DNA of 64,000 bases, from positions 42,408,001 to 42,472,000 of the forward strand of contig OZ024743.1 of assembly GCA_964016885.1 (NCBI GenBank), written 5' to 3'. The stretch comes from Eledone cirrhosa. Taxonomy: Eukaryota. Below are positions 27,017 through 42,074 of the stretch, piece by piece. The notes beneath the pieces are model-generated. The model did no database searches, was not told where the DNA came from, and worked only from the letters and a program-made list of their open reading frames with translations. Position numbers and translations under genes: made by a program. Positions within the stretch are counted from its first letter, which is position 1. Each line of letters starts with the position of its first letter.

Positions 27017-27626
27017 GTCAGGTCACCAGTTGGTGCTACTGGTAACATGTATCCCAGTACAACCTGTCTCATTTTCGGGTCGTTGGCGACTAAACTGGCA
27101 ACCCCACCAAGGTTTCTTGGTGAGGAGGGTGACTTTGGACATCCTGCAGGACTAAAAACAAGACCTGTCAAAGGGTAAAGGAGCTCTTAAGAGTCAATGG
27201 CCATCCAAAATCACCGGGAGAGATGACCCCTTAGCCTTTGTCAAGGCAGAATTCTAGGAGAAGGAAAACTCTGATATAACACCTGCAACCCTGATGGTAT
27301 CCAATGATGTTGACTTGTTCTTCTTTTTGGTAAATATCATCTTGGTTAAGAGAGTGGGACTGGCTTTGTGCAGTGCCTTTGCTCCCTATAAAAGCTTCAC
27401 GGCACAGGCATTGCTTTATATCTGGAGATCTCTCTGCACTTGTCCTCACATGGTACCATGGGCCCAGCACTATGTGTCAATAATTGTCACAAGTGTGGTG
27501 TTTGTACCAGAGTTTTCAAGTCGCTGGCTGGACATAAAAAGTGACACTCGTTCAGCGCTTTGGTAGGGGTTCTCCTGCATGGATATAAAGTAGTGGCCGT
27601 ACTCGAAAACGAGTTGGCAGCCACCA
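27017..27626. mobile_element. ~610-bp non-coding interspersed element, copy 2
   Basis: Direct-orientation copy of 21250-21858. Confidence 0.8.
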
Positions 27627-27965
27627 TATATATATGTATAATTCATGATGGTGCCAGTTTAAACGTAGTTACACCATTACTCAATAGAGTACTCGATACT
27701 TGGGGCAGAAGGGTATGGTGATATTATAAATATTCGGGACCCAACGGCTGAGCTCTTGCCGTTTAAACAGCTAATTCCAGACTGTTAGAAGAAACGCATA
27801 CAGGTTGACATGCCATATCGTCAGGGGCGTGGTTTGTCCATATACTGGTATATATTATCCATCGAACTGCAAATTCTCTTCAAGGTATATTGTAGAGAGT
27901 TAGTATTAGAATGACTTGATTGTAGATTATAGATACAGATACAAACACACACACATATATATATT

Positions 27966-28030
<65 letters not shown>

Positions 28031-29024
28031 CATACATTTAGGGAATGGTGCGCGTGTGTAGGTATTTGGCTTAGTATTTGTGTATGTGTATTTGTGAGTT
28101 TGTGTGTATCTGTGTATCTGTGCGTTTATGTTTGTTCCACTTAAAATGGCAGGATTTTAGGGGGTGATCGAATTATATTCATCGAATATATATGATGGTA
28201 TGTGTGCCGATATGCCTGCCAACAGGAAAGATTTCAGTGATTTTCAGAGAAAAGAGCCATGGAATTGTCACCAGGACCAGCAGCATGTTGGACTAATCAA
28301 AGTGTAGCCCATTCATTGATTGACCTATTAAGTATACATGTCAACAAGGGATTTATATATGAAAAGATTCAGGGCCCCGACGGCTGACCTCCGGCCGTTT
28401 TGACAGGTTCGCATCTAGCTGTCAAAGGGTTTCTGTGGTTTCTGGTGCGTTACGGTTCTTGTATCATACCACACCCTCTTTGTTTAATATATACATATAT
28501 ATATACATATATATCTTGATTATATATGTTCTGGCTCGTTAATTTATTAACCTACCATAGAACCACATTGGCATATGGTTGGATAATACATGTGTCCCTA
28601 TATGTTATTTTGTGTGTAGGGATATATACTTTATTATTATTATCTCCCACTGGTCGAGATAACATTTGGTCGCTTTGACTGCTGCTATTTATAGTGATAG
28701 TAGATTGACCTCTCCGCCTTTGCCTTCTATCTTTGCACACGGCACTGGACATAATTGCTTCCACATCATTCATTCTCATCTCGGGACAATTTTCAATAGC
28801 GCCAATTCGTAATTCGAACTCGGGAATTTTATATTCTCCGAGTGAAATGAACCTTCTGACGAGAGTTTTTTCTTTTCAATGGAGGCCCGTAAGGACCTCC
28901 ATTTATTTTTGAAACTCAAAACCGTACGGTAAAGGTAACCGTAGCAGGTACAGTGAATTTATTTTTAATTGTTTTTAAAACTTTTTCTTATTTGCTAAAC
29001 CTTGATATATATATATATATCCAT

Positions 29025-29118
29025 ATAAGAATAACATGAAGAAAAATGGTAATGTTACATAAATGGTTTATTCATAAATAAACCAGTTATGTAACATTAC
29101 CATTTTTCTTAAATTTAT

Positions 29119-29125
<7 letters not shown>
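29025..29125. repeat. ~100-bp palindrome between (TA)n tracts
   Basis: aagaaaaatggtaatgttacataa..ggtttatt / aataaacc..ttatgtaacattaccatttttctt. Confidence 0.75.
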
Positions 29126-29966
<841 letters not shown>

Positions 29967-30203
29967 TTCTTTATTAGCCACAGGGGCACAAAAGAAGGGG
30001 ACAAATACAAAGGAGGAAGTTTACATACAATAAAAACGTGTAAAATGTTATCACAAATGGAATTTAAAAAGTTAGTCGATTTTCCCCAATAGAGGGAGAC
30101 AGTTTATATGGGTAACACATACCCCCGAAAAAAATGTGCAACCCTCATCTCCAGGAGTACGAAGAGTTTGTACTCCTTTCCTCTCCTCCTTCTTTTCCTC
30201 AAC

Positions 30204-33200
30204 CTACAGGCTGATATAGAGAGAAGGCCCATTCACTCGGGCCATTCTCGCCACTTTCACCCACCTTTCATAAAACTTGCTGGGGTACAGCACCTCTCTC
30301 TCCATCCTGATTCTTCTTCCAAAGTGGTATTTGAAAAAAAGAATCAGTTGTTGGCCGGAGAGAAAGGTGTCTGACCTCAGCCCTTTCAACCTTGTCCACC
30401 ATACAACCTCTTTCGTCATAGCTATCACACAAAGGAAAACCGCCACTCCTTCGTTTTTGAAGGAGTGTGGCGGTTTGATCATGACAATGGACTCGGTGGT
30501 CAACTGGATTGGTCCCACCCGCGACAATAGTCGTTCTACATAGCCCCACAGGTCAGTGACGCCCGGGAAGTGTATGAATGCGTGCGCGACGGTTTCTTCG
30601 TCTCGCACGCACCTCGGACAGATCTTTTTTGCAGGGTCCCTGCCCGGGCGCCCATGTCTGTAGAGCTTGTCTCGAACTGGTAGAGCTCCTCGATAGCACT
30701 GCCAGGCGAGGGACTTTTGGAAGTTGTCCATCGGTCCCGGGCGGAAGGTCCTACCGAACAGACTGGCCAGTTCATCTTCCTCTACGCCTAGAGTTTCACC
30801 GAGCGTGTCGTCGCACTTGCTGCGGACCAACCCTCTATAGAATGACGAAGTGGAGTCTCCACTGATCGCCGGGTCCGCCTGCCAGAGGGCTGTGAGCGCC
30901 TGAGCACATTCGATGTGCCAGTCGCCCATTTTCCTCGGTCTTTGCTTGACCCAGGACTGCAGCTCGGTCAGCGAGACGAGTCGTGGGAAGGCTCGCCTCA
31001 CGAACGGGGCCCACACCGGTTGTCCGGTGAGGAATACGTAGAGATGCCGCAGCCTGAACGCGTGTTTGCGCATCGTCAACCATGGCATCCCCAGCCCTCC
31101 GTTAGAAGGGTGTTGGCAGCAGATGGATCTTCTCACCAAAGGAGCTCGCTTCTTCCAAAGGAATCGGAAGAGCGCGCGCTCCATTTTGGCGAGCGTTTTG
31201 GCTGGACAAGGCACGACGGTCAAGCGGTAGTAGATGGCGGACGCTATAAAAGTGTTCGCCACCTCCGCTCGACCTTTCAAGGATGGTTTGCACTCGGCCC
31301 ACTTCTGGGTGAGTGCAAACAACTTGGCCGTCACTTCGTTCCAGTTCTTCTCCACCTGGAGGTCCGGACCAAACCAGACCCCGAGCAGCTTTACGGGTCC
31401 TTCGTCCAGCGTCCGACGACGCCATCAGAAGGCATCGGTCTGCCTCTCCACGATCCGAGTTGCAAACCGATGGACTTGTCCCGGTTCAGCTTCGCTCCTG
31501 TGAGACTTTCGTATTCCTTCAGTAAGGTGCCGACTTCCTCGATTTGCGAGGCGCTCGACACCTTTACTGTCACGTCGTCGGCGTAAGCCGACGCCGCTTT
31601 CCGCAGTCCCGGTTCCAGAGGGATGCCCTGCAATAGCTCCAGCTTCCGCAGTAGTGGCTCGAGAGTCAGTACGTAGAGAAGGGAGGAGAGAGGGCATCCC
31701 TGTCAAATGGATCGTGTAATATGGAACGGCTCCGAGAGGTAGCCGTTCCCCTTGACCCTTGAGCAGATGTTGCTGTTGTGCATTGCAGCAATCCAGCCCC
31801 TGAACACGGGTCCGAAGCCTGCCGCCTCGAGCACCGCATCCAGGTAACGATGGTCAACCCTATCGAAAGCCTTAGACTGATCCAAGTTGATCAGGGCCCC
31901 ACCGAAGCCTGGTTTACACCCTACCCTCTCTATGATGTATAGCATGAGGTGGAGGTTGTCGTGTATGGACCTGGTCGGGATTGCGCATGTCTGCGCTTCT
32001 CCCACCAGGTTCTCGACGACAAGCGCCAGCCTCTTTGCCAACACCTTGGCCAAAATCTGTAACTCTGTGTTTAGCAGAGTTATGGGCCGGAAGTTGCCTA
32101 TGTCATCCCCCTTATTCTCGTCCTTCCTGATTAGTGTGACCAGGCCCCCGGTTACAGAACTGGGAATTCTCCCGTTCTGTTGCCAGTTGCAGTAAACCGC
32201 TTCCAGGAGACCAGACAATAAGTCCGGCATTGCTACGTAAAATTCGTAGGGTAGACCGACGAGACCTGGAGATTTGCGTTTGCCGCATTGGCTCAGCGCG
32301 TCCCCTATCTCAGTGGCTGAAATCGGCTTTTCGCAGAACTTTGCCTCGCTGTCCGAGAGTCGCGGTAGGCCGTCGAGGTATGGACCGAAATCCATAGCCG
32401 CTCCCCCCGAACGTATTTTGCAAAGTGCCGCTGAAAAGCCGCACACATCTGCTTCGGCTCACGTATCACGCGTCCGTTTTGGTCCTTCAAAGACCGAATC
32501 GTGGACTTGTTGCCACTTTTTGCCTCCGTCACTCGGGCCCAGCTAACAGCTTTGGCTCCCTCGTTTCCCAGAGCACGTATTTTGCTTCTGACAACGCAGC
32601 CCTCGTGCTTTGCGTCGAAGAACTGGTCCGAGGCGGTTCTCGTTGCTAGCACGCTGGCTACGTTGCCACTTCTAATTGCCTCTTCTACTTTATCTACCAG
32701 TTCCTTCTCGGTTCTATTTCTATCTAACGCTAATTCTTTACTAAAAACTATCGAGTCTAATCTAACTGCCCCCTTGACAGAGTACCACCATTTGTTGTTG
32801 ACAATGGCCCCTGTCAAGTGCTGTTTAACTAAAGTGCTAATCCGTCTACTGTAGGCTTTGCTTGTCGGTAACGACAAGTTCAGCCTCCAGTAGCCAGGTC
32901 CTTGTCTATGGGTTATATCAAGGTTGGCCATGCAGGTCACTAGTTTGTGATCTGAATAGGCAACCATGAACATTTGTGGAGAGCTTAACATGTCCCTATC
33001 CTTATTTCTAACTAGAACCCTATCTAGGTACGATCTAGATGTTCCGCTACGATTACTCCACGTCCACAGTGGCGCAGTCGGAAAATCTAGTCGATATCTA
33101 TGGGCCAGGTCAAATCGGTCGATTAACTGTTTGAGGCTGTTACACCCCCCTTTATCGGGACATGCTCCCACATAGTCCCAACGTGCATCTAGGATTCCAT

Positions 33201-33627
33201 TCCAGTTCCCCACTAAAAGCAAGGAGCGGGACGTTCCCAGAAAAGTCTCTAGATGTTTGAAGAAGTCTGGCCGCGGTGTCCCGGATGGGGCATATGCGGC
33301 CACCAGCCTGAAGGCTCCACCTTCACTACCGTCAACGTCTAGGACTACCAGTCGACCCCCCGGGTCCAGATGTACCGTCTGTGTTACGAGGCCCAGGTGT
33401 TTCCGCAGCAAAACGGCAACTCCGCCCCCACCCCCCGGTTGATAGAGAGATGCGTAGATCTCAAAGTCATCGAAGATGGGGGCCAGCTGTCGCTCGCCGT
33501 GGATCCTGGACTCGCAAATGGCTACCACATCCATACTGTGCGACCTGAGGTCGTTTAAAAGTTTGCCCTGTTTCCAGGGCATCCTCAGGCCGCGTACGTT
33601 CACACATCCAACTCTTATATTGGTCAT
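30204..33627 (-). pseudogene. Tx1-like ORF2: AP endonuclease + reverse transcriptase + C-terminal Cys/His motif (frameshifted)
   Basis: VNVRGL, VAICES, AYAPS, GNWN, SYLDR, SDH; KSPG..GLPYEFY, FRPITLLNTE, LDQSKAFDRVDH, QGCPLSP, AYADD; CPRC...ETVAHAF. Split across ORFs 32305-33663, 31703-32446, 31391-31633 and 30204-31355. Confidence 0.92.
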
Positions 33628-33659
33628 TTGGTGCTGAAAAGTTAAAAGAGGAAAAGAGA

Positions 33660-35575
33660 TCACTCACCCTTCGCCTCCTGGGGACCAGGCCGCACGATTT
33701 CCATGGGGTTGTTGGAGGGGTTGTCTGGATGGGTGGTGGTTTCCGGCGGGGTGGGGACGCAGATGTTTGGTGGGGTGGGGTCTGGTGGGATGGGGGTGTC
33801 TGTGGTGGGGAGGCATTTGAGAAGGACGCGGTTGAGTGGTTTCACGGAGGAATTACCCACATCCTTCTCAAATGTTTCTTTTAAGGACCTATAAGTTTGT
33901 ATATGGACCCTAATCAGTTTTAGGTTCAGTTTTTTGCTATTTTTTATAGACTGGGCGAAAGTTTTCCCTTCGGTGAAAACCGAAGGGTCGTTCGTGATTG
34001 TCTCCATTAGTGTTTTGTTTTCAGTGTTTATGTAAGTGTAAGTGTAATTTTCTTGTGTTGTGTTTGTTTTTGTCTGTAGTTCTTGTGTGTGCTTTCGTTT
34101 TGTTGTAGCTATTTTGTTTTCAGGAGGTGGGGGTTTTGTTTGTGATATTTTTGTTGTTTGTGTTGGTGGTTGTATGTTTGTGGTAGTGTTTGCTTTTTTT
34201 TTGCTTTTGTGATGTCTTTTTTTTCTTTTCGAGCGATGGGGTTCTCCCTCGTCTTCACTGGGTGATGGCGAGATAGCCTCATCTGTTGTATCGTCTGTGT
34301 GATTGGGGAGGGGTATGTCTTGGGGAGCTGTTGTGTCTGTATGTGATTTTGCAGTGGTTTTAGGTGCAGTGGGGTTGGGTGGGACTGTGTTTGTTGTGGT
34401 TATTTTTGTGTGTTGGTGTTGTTGTTGTTGTGGTGGTGTTGGTGGTTGTGTTGTTTTGATGGGTGTCGGCAGAAGAGCCTTTTTTTGGTTCATTAGTTTA
34501 GGACAGGAAGCCCTCAGGTGACCCCTGCTAAAGCAATGGTAACATGAAGGCCGCCTACCCTCAACCGAAAGGTTTATGTAGGTGAGTCCGTCCAGGAGTA
34601 CACGCTGTGGGATCATAGCTATTCGCTCTGGGCTCATTTGCACCAGAACTTCAATGCTAGTCCCATTGAATACATCTCTGGGGGACTTTCCTACTGACAG
34701 TATTCTGTCTTCATCAAAATTGATGAAGCCGCACAGTATCCACCATATGTTCACCTTTGGTGTGACACTTGTGATTCTGATCTTTTGTGTCCTTTTTCCC
34801 ATGTATGTAGGGAAAAAGGTGTACAGCTGGGATACAATTGGCGACACAGAGTAATTTTGGGCCGTCAATTGATCCTTCATGAGTACCGAAATACTCCCAA
34901 AAAGTTTGCTTCTTTGAATGAATGCAATATCATTCATTGAATTTTTGAAAACCATTCAGTTTCTTTCTGTGACAATTGGCCTGGTTTTCGGGTAAAATTG
35001 GAAACTGTCCTAAAAACTATCGTTTTGAGAGCAGTTTCCTTGCGAATTTCTACCGGAGAATTGATGCTGAAAGCACCATTTTTATCGAAAGTGACATATC
35101 TCTTAGCGTCCTTTAAAAGTTGTTCAGCATTTTTTATGTCGAGATATATCAATTCTTCTTTCTTTTGAACTTTCTCCGCAAAGGAGATTTTTGGTTTCTA
35201 TGTGGAATCCGTATTGGTGGTGTTGTCATTATTGTTGTTATTCTTGTTGTTATTCTTGTTGTCACCTATGTTGGTATCATCCGTATTTTCCTTGGTGTTG
35301 CTGTTGTCTTTGATGCTGGTGTTATTGGCGTTGTCTTTATTTTTTTCTTTGTTGTTGTTATCATTGTTGCTTTTATCATCATTATTGGTTTTGCTGTTAT
35401 TTTTGTTGTCATTGAACTGTTTGGTGTCAGTTGTGTTGTTTGGATATGAATTCGTTTTTTTATTTTCATTTTGTCTTTCCATCTCTATAGTATCTAGTGA
35501 AGAAGACTTTGTTGACTGCGAGCTTTGTAGTCTTACCGCCTCTCCACCACCATTATCGTTGGACGCAGCGTTCAT
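33660..35575 (-). pseudogene. Tx1-like ORF1 (gag-like, CCHC zinc knuckle), frameshifted
   Basis: VEGRRPSCYHCFSRGHLRASCP knuckle, Asn-rich N-terminus, Thr/Pro-rich tail with basic cluster RSKRKKRHHKSKKK. Pieces 35198-35575, 34934-35152 and 33660-34955. Confidence 0.8.
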
Positions 35576-35925
35576 AACGTAATCAAAATTTTACAATATT
35601 TTTTCCAAGATTCGATGGAGAAAAATTTGTTTAAATGGATATTCCGCCCCTGTAGGGGGCGAAAATGAGTTGACCCACCACCTGAAGGTCCAGACGGGTG
35701 GTCAAGTTACACAATGATATAACATTTAACTAAAAACTCACGTTTTTTTCTTACATAAATTAACGGAAACTTCTCGGCGAAGTGACACACGACTGATAGA
35801 GAGAGAGAGAGATAGATAGATAGATAGATAGATCAGAATCTCCATCTTAACTATACACTACGAATGCAATCTTTACCAAAACTACTACTGAACATATATA
35901 TATATATATATATATATAGTTCTGT

Positions 35926-35965
<40 letters not shown>

Positions 35966-37024
35966 ATCTGTCCCTGAGTGTGTCTGTGTGTGTACATATG
36001 TATCGGCAAAACCATATTTTCAATACCAGCTTTGTAATGGAAACATATTTAATATACAAACATGATCTTTATCTTAAATTTTCTAATAAACGCTCTCCAG
36101 AAAATGTCTTCCAATTCATAAAAATGAGCGCCAGATAATCAAATACCATATAAATATAGCGCAATAAATAATGTACTAAATCGTGTGATAAATAATGTAC
36201 TAGAATCCAGAATACGAATACCATTGAATATCCGTCGGTTTCTATTGTTTAAAGAAAGGAACAGCTTGCTTGTGATATTAATGTGAAAGTGGCTAAGCAA
36301 TCTACAGCCAAGTCTACTCTTATATACACCAGTGGAGTGTCATGCCTAATAAATAATGATAACTTAGAGTTTTAGATATTAAAATGGAGGTTGAAACTCT
36401 TGATCAGGTGCGATTATCCAAGTTATAATGCGGCAAAAACTTATTCTCTAAGCTGTTAGAAATCGTAACCATAATAGCCCAAGTTAAACATCTTGGTTTG
36501 AATAGATCTGATTTTATATTTCAGACTACGAAATATGTGTAGTAAAGAAGATGTATTGAAATATACGAGATGAGGTGGATCAGCTACAAAATAGGAGCAC
36601 CAAAGACTAAATACATTCTATATCAGCAATCGTATGTTCTGTCCTAACTAGAGGGAGAATTTTAATAATTAAGATATGGATTTGAAAATTTAATTTTGTC
36701 ATTGTAGAACAACAATCAGTCAACCAACGCGTTGTTCAATTGTTTTCAATATCGATCCACCTTTTACTTTGTTGTCCATTTCAATCAGATGTTGAAGCCT
36801 TGAAATTCAAGCATGTAATTCATTTGTTAATTTGTCATGTGTATGGTTTTCAATTTATTTCCAAATTATTATTTCCATAACATTTATTATCAAATACATG
36901 AGTTCGACTGAAAGAAAGAGCCAAGATGTTATGATCTCAGATCTCAATTATTGCGGCCCTGTGAATGTTTAAAAAATTAAAATAACGTCCCTATGGGTCC
37001 ATTAACTTAAAGACGATAGCAACA

Positions 37025-37055
<31 letters not shown>

Positions 37056-37155
37056 GGTCATACTTTATCCTATTTCCCACTCTACTACCCTAAGTATTGA
37101 GTACTCTAGTCCGTTATCGTCTATCTGGTTCCTTACCACAATTCCTTTGTTATAA

Positions 37156-37193
<38 letters not shown>

Positions 37194-37199
37194 CATGTA

Positions 37200-37317
<118 letters not shown>

Positions 37318-37812
37318 TATATGTATATATATATAAATTAGAATTGGTGCTCTGAAATACCTATATATATATGAATAGCTATATATCTCTGATCTAGACG
37401 GAACGAAAGTCTATTTGAAGACATATAAAAGAGAAAGCTCATCAATAGAACAGCCGAAACAGTAAGATGCTGTCAATGACAGCGATGGATGAAAATGCCT
37501 CAGAGATCAGAGTCCAGCGACCAATGGTTGGCAGTGAGACAATCCACGAAGTGGGTGACAGGCACATGAGGTTTAATAAAGTTTGAAAGAGGAGGTGGAA
37601 TAAGGGAAGTGTGTTAGCGCAAAAACTTGATTGGAAGAAGGAAATAGAGAAAAACAACTATTTATCGATATTCATGATGTATTGTTTTTGTTTATGCCAC
37701 GAAACTACGTAGTCGAGGAATCTAGGAGCAGTTTAGGTATGATACATTTTATTACTAATTATATCTAAATGTTTCTTCTCTCTTCATAATGTATATATAT
37801 ATATATATATAC

Positions 37813-37844
<32 letters not shown>

Positions 37845-38266
37845 TCAGTAAATTTGTTAATAACTCCCTTATGTCTGAGTAAAGATTTGCCCGACGAATC
37901 GGTCTGCTTCTTCTAGCAGCCACGTTACTTGCCATTTCTCACCTACTACTTCATTTCTGTTCAACATAAATCCCGTGATATTTCTCCCATTCAGAATCAT
38001 CGCTGGTAGTACATAACTGATAATTATTTTTTCTTGATTGAAAAGTTCCATGATGAGTTGAGTGTTTTTACAGTCCTCAAAACTGAGGTTACCAACAAAA
38101 CTAGAGACAGGACATTCTTGGCTAGTTATTTTGTTTACTGTTACCAAATATAACTAGACGCACACACATATATTCGCACGCATATATATATGGGTGGGTG
38201 TGTGCATGCGTGGTTTGTATGTGAGTGTGGTTGCATGCGAGTATGCGTGCGAATATGTGTGTGTGC

Positions 38267-38342
<76 letters not shown>

Positions 38343-38346
<4 letters not shown>

Positions 38347-38771
38347 TATATTAATAAATGGAAAACTATATTTATAAAACCATAATTATTTTATTATATA
38401 TATTTCAAGGGCAACCAAGGCAAATGTTGGTGCGCTTTCATCAGATAAAATACAAAATTTGTTTTATAAATGTTGACATACCCACTGAAGAACAACCGTG
38501 ACGATTGGAGTTTCGCTGGAACCGTCAAGGTTGTTCTTCAGCGGGTATGTCAACATTTATGAAGCACATTTTGTATTTTATCTAATGAAAGCGCACCAAA
38601 ATTTGCTTTGGTTTGCCTTGAAATATATATAATAAAATAATTATGGTTTTACAAATATAGTTTTCCATTTAGTAATATAATGCATATTTACTCTACCCAT
38701 TGTTGAGTGCTTTATTCAGTTATAAAACTTTTAAGTTTGTTGAATTCCAACAAATTAAATATAACCTTTGC

Positions 38772-38772
<1 letters not shown>
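38343..38772. mobile_element. Family B head-to-head palindromic element with two divergent hammerheads
   Basis: Arms 38343-38503 / 38523-38682. HHR 38387-38452 (minus, intact CTGATGA) and 38574-38639 (plus, core CTAATGA); unique tail to 38772; (TA)n flanks. Confidence 0.85.
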
Positions 38773-38835
<63 letters not shown>

Positions 38836-38841
<6 letters not shown>

Positions 38842-39437
38842 AATTAGTCTATCTACCAACATATTTATACAGATGTATGCTTACGCTAGCCAAGATATAG
38901 GTTTTGTCTTAGTGACTTTGTGGTTCAATACAAATAGATGTAGAACAATTATATAAAAGACGTAAAATAAGAAAATTATAGTAATTAAGTATACATCTGT
39001 ATAAATATGTTGGTACATATACTAATTCTTTATAATTATCTCCAAATCATGTTGTTGAGCAAAAATTTGCCTGAATTACTACTATGGTATTAGTTTGGCT
39101 CCTGTCTTTTTAACACCCCACTCCTCACTGATTAGCCTCGATGTCACGTGATTGATTCTTTTGAATTTGCCACTGACCTGGAAGGCAGTTAAATTTTCAA
39201 TATCTTGGAATTTAGTCCGCGCTTGCTTTTTTCCATCCTCTGAATTATTTTTGTATAAGTTTCCTGTGTCCTCGTATTGCCAGGAATCTTAGCCGAGAAT
39301 GGCTCCCTGATGAAGAAAGGATTCTCCATGTTCTCCTTTTTAAGACTATGTATATCCCCTTTCAGAAACTAATTAGTTGGAGTGAAATTTAAGTTTAGTA
39401 AGTTACTTACTATAATTTTCTTATTTTACGTCTTTTA
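38836..39437 (+). mobile_element. Diverged family E subfamily element with hammerhead at 39302-39383
   Basis: gctcc-CTGATGA-agaaagg...cctttca-GAAA-ctaattag-TT-ggagt. The body aligns with 20735-21149 and has an inverted 5' segment. Confidence 0.8.
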
Positions 39438-39522
39438 TATATATATGGGTGTGTGTGTGTGCGTTTTCTTTTTCATTTAAAAAAAACAACTCATTTACTT
39501 ATATATAAATATATACATACAT

Positions 39523-40473
39523 ATATATCCAAAATTGAATTAGGGGTGTCATGTCTAAGAGACATGCGCCATAACCACTGCAGAATAAGCTCAAAGATTC
39601 ACTGGGATGACGCTGTGCGATGTGTGTATTCTTTTAAAAAATGCAACACATGGTACGGGTATTTGACAGATTTGCATTTGCTGTGTAAACACAGATAGTT
39701 GGATCTTCTCCTTTGGTGAACATCCGAGATTTGACTACTGTGAATTACCGATTAATGGTGAAATATATTTAATAAAATATATACAAAGAAATTTAATCAT
39801 TTAAAAAGTATCTGTATTTGAAGTTCTAGTTACACTTTAATTAGTTCCCTACCTAGCTGTGTGTGCTTACACTCTACTAATTATTCCCTGTGATTGTTTC
39901 ATATGTTTATTATATATATATATGTGAATCAATTTCTAGTTGATATATAAAATGCTCGGGTCTATTCATTGGAATCTTTGAGCTTATTCTGCTGTGGATA
40001 TGGCGCATGTCTCTTAGACATCACACCTTAATTTAATTTTGGATATATATACGGTCCCTTAATTGTAGGGCTAACTCAGTTGAATGGACTCGGCTGCTAT
40101 TTCTAGCTGTCGATAATCCTATTCACGCCACTGGGATGACGCTGTGCGATGAGTGTATTTTTTTTTTAAATGCAACACGTGGTACCAGTCATTCACAGAT
40201 TTGCATTTGCTGTGTAAACACAGATAGTTGGATCTTCTCCTTTGGTGAACATCCGATTTTGACTACTGTGATTTACTGATTAATGGTGAAATATATTTAA
40301 TAAAATATATACAAAGGAATTAATCATTTTAGAAGGTATCTATATTTGAAGTTATAGTTAAACTTTAATAGTTACCTACCTAGCTGTGTGTGCTTATATT
40401 CTTTACAGATTATTCCCTGTGGTTGTTTCATATGTTTATTTTATATATATATGGCAATCAATTTCTAGTTGAT

Positions 40474-40476
<3 letters not shown>
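39523..40476 (+). mobile_element. Non-coding element: about 1.65 tandem 529-bp units plus inverted fragment
   Basis: 39600-39946 is repeated at 40129-40476; 39523-39600 is the inverse of 39973-40047. Only a degenerate HHR-like GAAA-tata-TT motif is present. Confidence 0.7.
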
Positions 40477-40540
<64 letters not shown>

Positions 40541-41561
40541 CATATATATGAAGGTATATGTATATATATATATATATGAATGTGTGTGTGTATATATTTA
40601 TATATTAGAAAATAAAATGAATTATTTTTTTTTTAATGAAAAGAAAACAAGATGTCCTACACGAGTGAAAGTATAAGGAAAAAAGATGAAATCGAAAATG
40701 CAACTCGAGTCTTTTAAAGAATATTTATTTATTTCCTTACAGTTCTTATGGTTTTCAAAGGTAGAATTGTGATGGAGGGTTTATATATATATATATATAC
40801 ACTCTCACTTCAAATTGTCTTTAAAGACAATAAAGAAAATAAAAGATGTTTGGCTGTGTGTACATTGCAATTATCTAAATTATATGTAAATCTGATTCAG
40901 GCAATATGAGGTTTGACGCTTCGTATTGTAAAGCATTTATCACTGTAATATTTCAATTTTGACAAATCGCTGTCTTACGTTATAAACTATATTTAACTAA
41001 AGATATATGTTATCTCACATATTTCATATATAAATCTTATGTTTCTCCGTCTATGTAGAATTTCAAGAATCGATGTCATTGTTTATGATAAAAATACAAA
41101 ATACGAAAAAATAGATAAATGTATGTGCTATAAAAGAGAAGTAATTTATCTATTCTTATCCTTGTGGAATATATACAAGATTTAGTCAATGACGTGTTTT
41201 ATACATTACCTTATTTTTTCATATAGTCTGCATATAATTCAATTAACATTTTCAAAGTTTTACTAATTTCAACGTACAAAGCAACAACATAAAAAATACA
41301 AAACATAAACCAACATAAAATGCTGTCCAGTGTCATCTCCATATATTTCAAACGATATAATAAATTCGATATTATTTGATAAACGACTGTTCCACAACCA
41401 ACATAAATCAAACCTCATAAGACATTATTTATTAAATGTCTCTTTCTAATTTAGTACTTGTTTTTTTCATTTTCAGTTCCTAATTTTCAAATTTATATTA
41501 TATAACTCAGACTTTCTCATTTCATACGTTCGTCTTTCAGCTTCTCTCACACTTATTTTCT

Positions 41562-41614
<53 letters not shown>

Positions 41615-41616
<2 letters not shown>

Positions 41617-42019
41617 TGTTATACTTGGGGAGGGTCATATTTGCGTAATATTGCCAGAATTAATAACAGAACACACTCACTGTTTGGTTGGTTTTCGCTT
41701 CTCGCTGTCTTTTATCTCTGCGATCTAACTTACTCGGTCCTCAATGTTGCCATTGACTGACCGACGGTCAAAAATAATACAGATACAATATAGACACAAA
41801 CACATATATATAGTTTACATAATTTACATAAATCTTTCGTTGCACATCTGCAACATCGTCAGTGGTGTTATATTTTTTTTCCTCCTGTTGTGTTGCATGT
41901 CTACGGCATTTTTTATTCAGTCTGTCTATATTAATTCTGGCAATATTACGCAAATATGACCCTCCCCAAGTATAACAATATCTGTTTCGACACACGATTT
42001 CGTATAAAAAACCTCGCTA

Positions 42020-42021
<2 letters not shown>
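41615..42021. mobile_element. Family C fold-back element
   Basis: Long inverted arm 41615-41925 (HHR-like core on minus near 41830-41865) plus short direct arm 41930-41980 and the same tail as 3993-4037; (TA)n flanks. Confidence 0.75.

Positions 42022-42074
<53 letters not shown>

Noticed and set aside
27800-28900. Short GC-richer stretches that could be exons (27805-27885 +, 28247-28331 +, 28552-28870 -)
   Set aside because: Weak splice signals, no recognisable protein motif and mutually inconsistent strands.
30268-35582. Many antisense and alternate-frame ORFs overlapping the Tx1 element
   Set aside because: They are shadow ORFs of GC-rich or low-complexity LINE coding sequence.
38485-38541. 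Extra CTGAAGA...GAAA at the centre of the family B palindrome
   Set aside because: No NUH site or helix I partner follows the GAAA.
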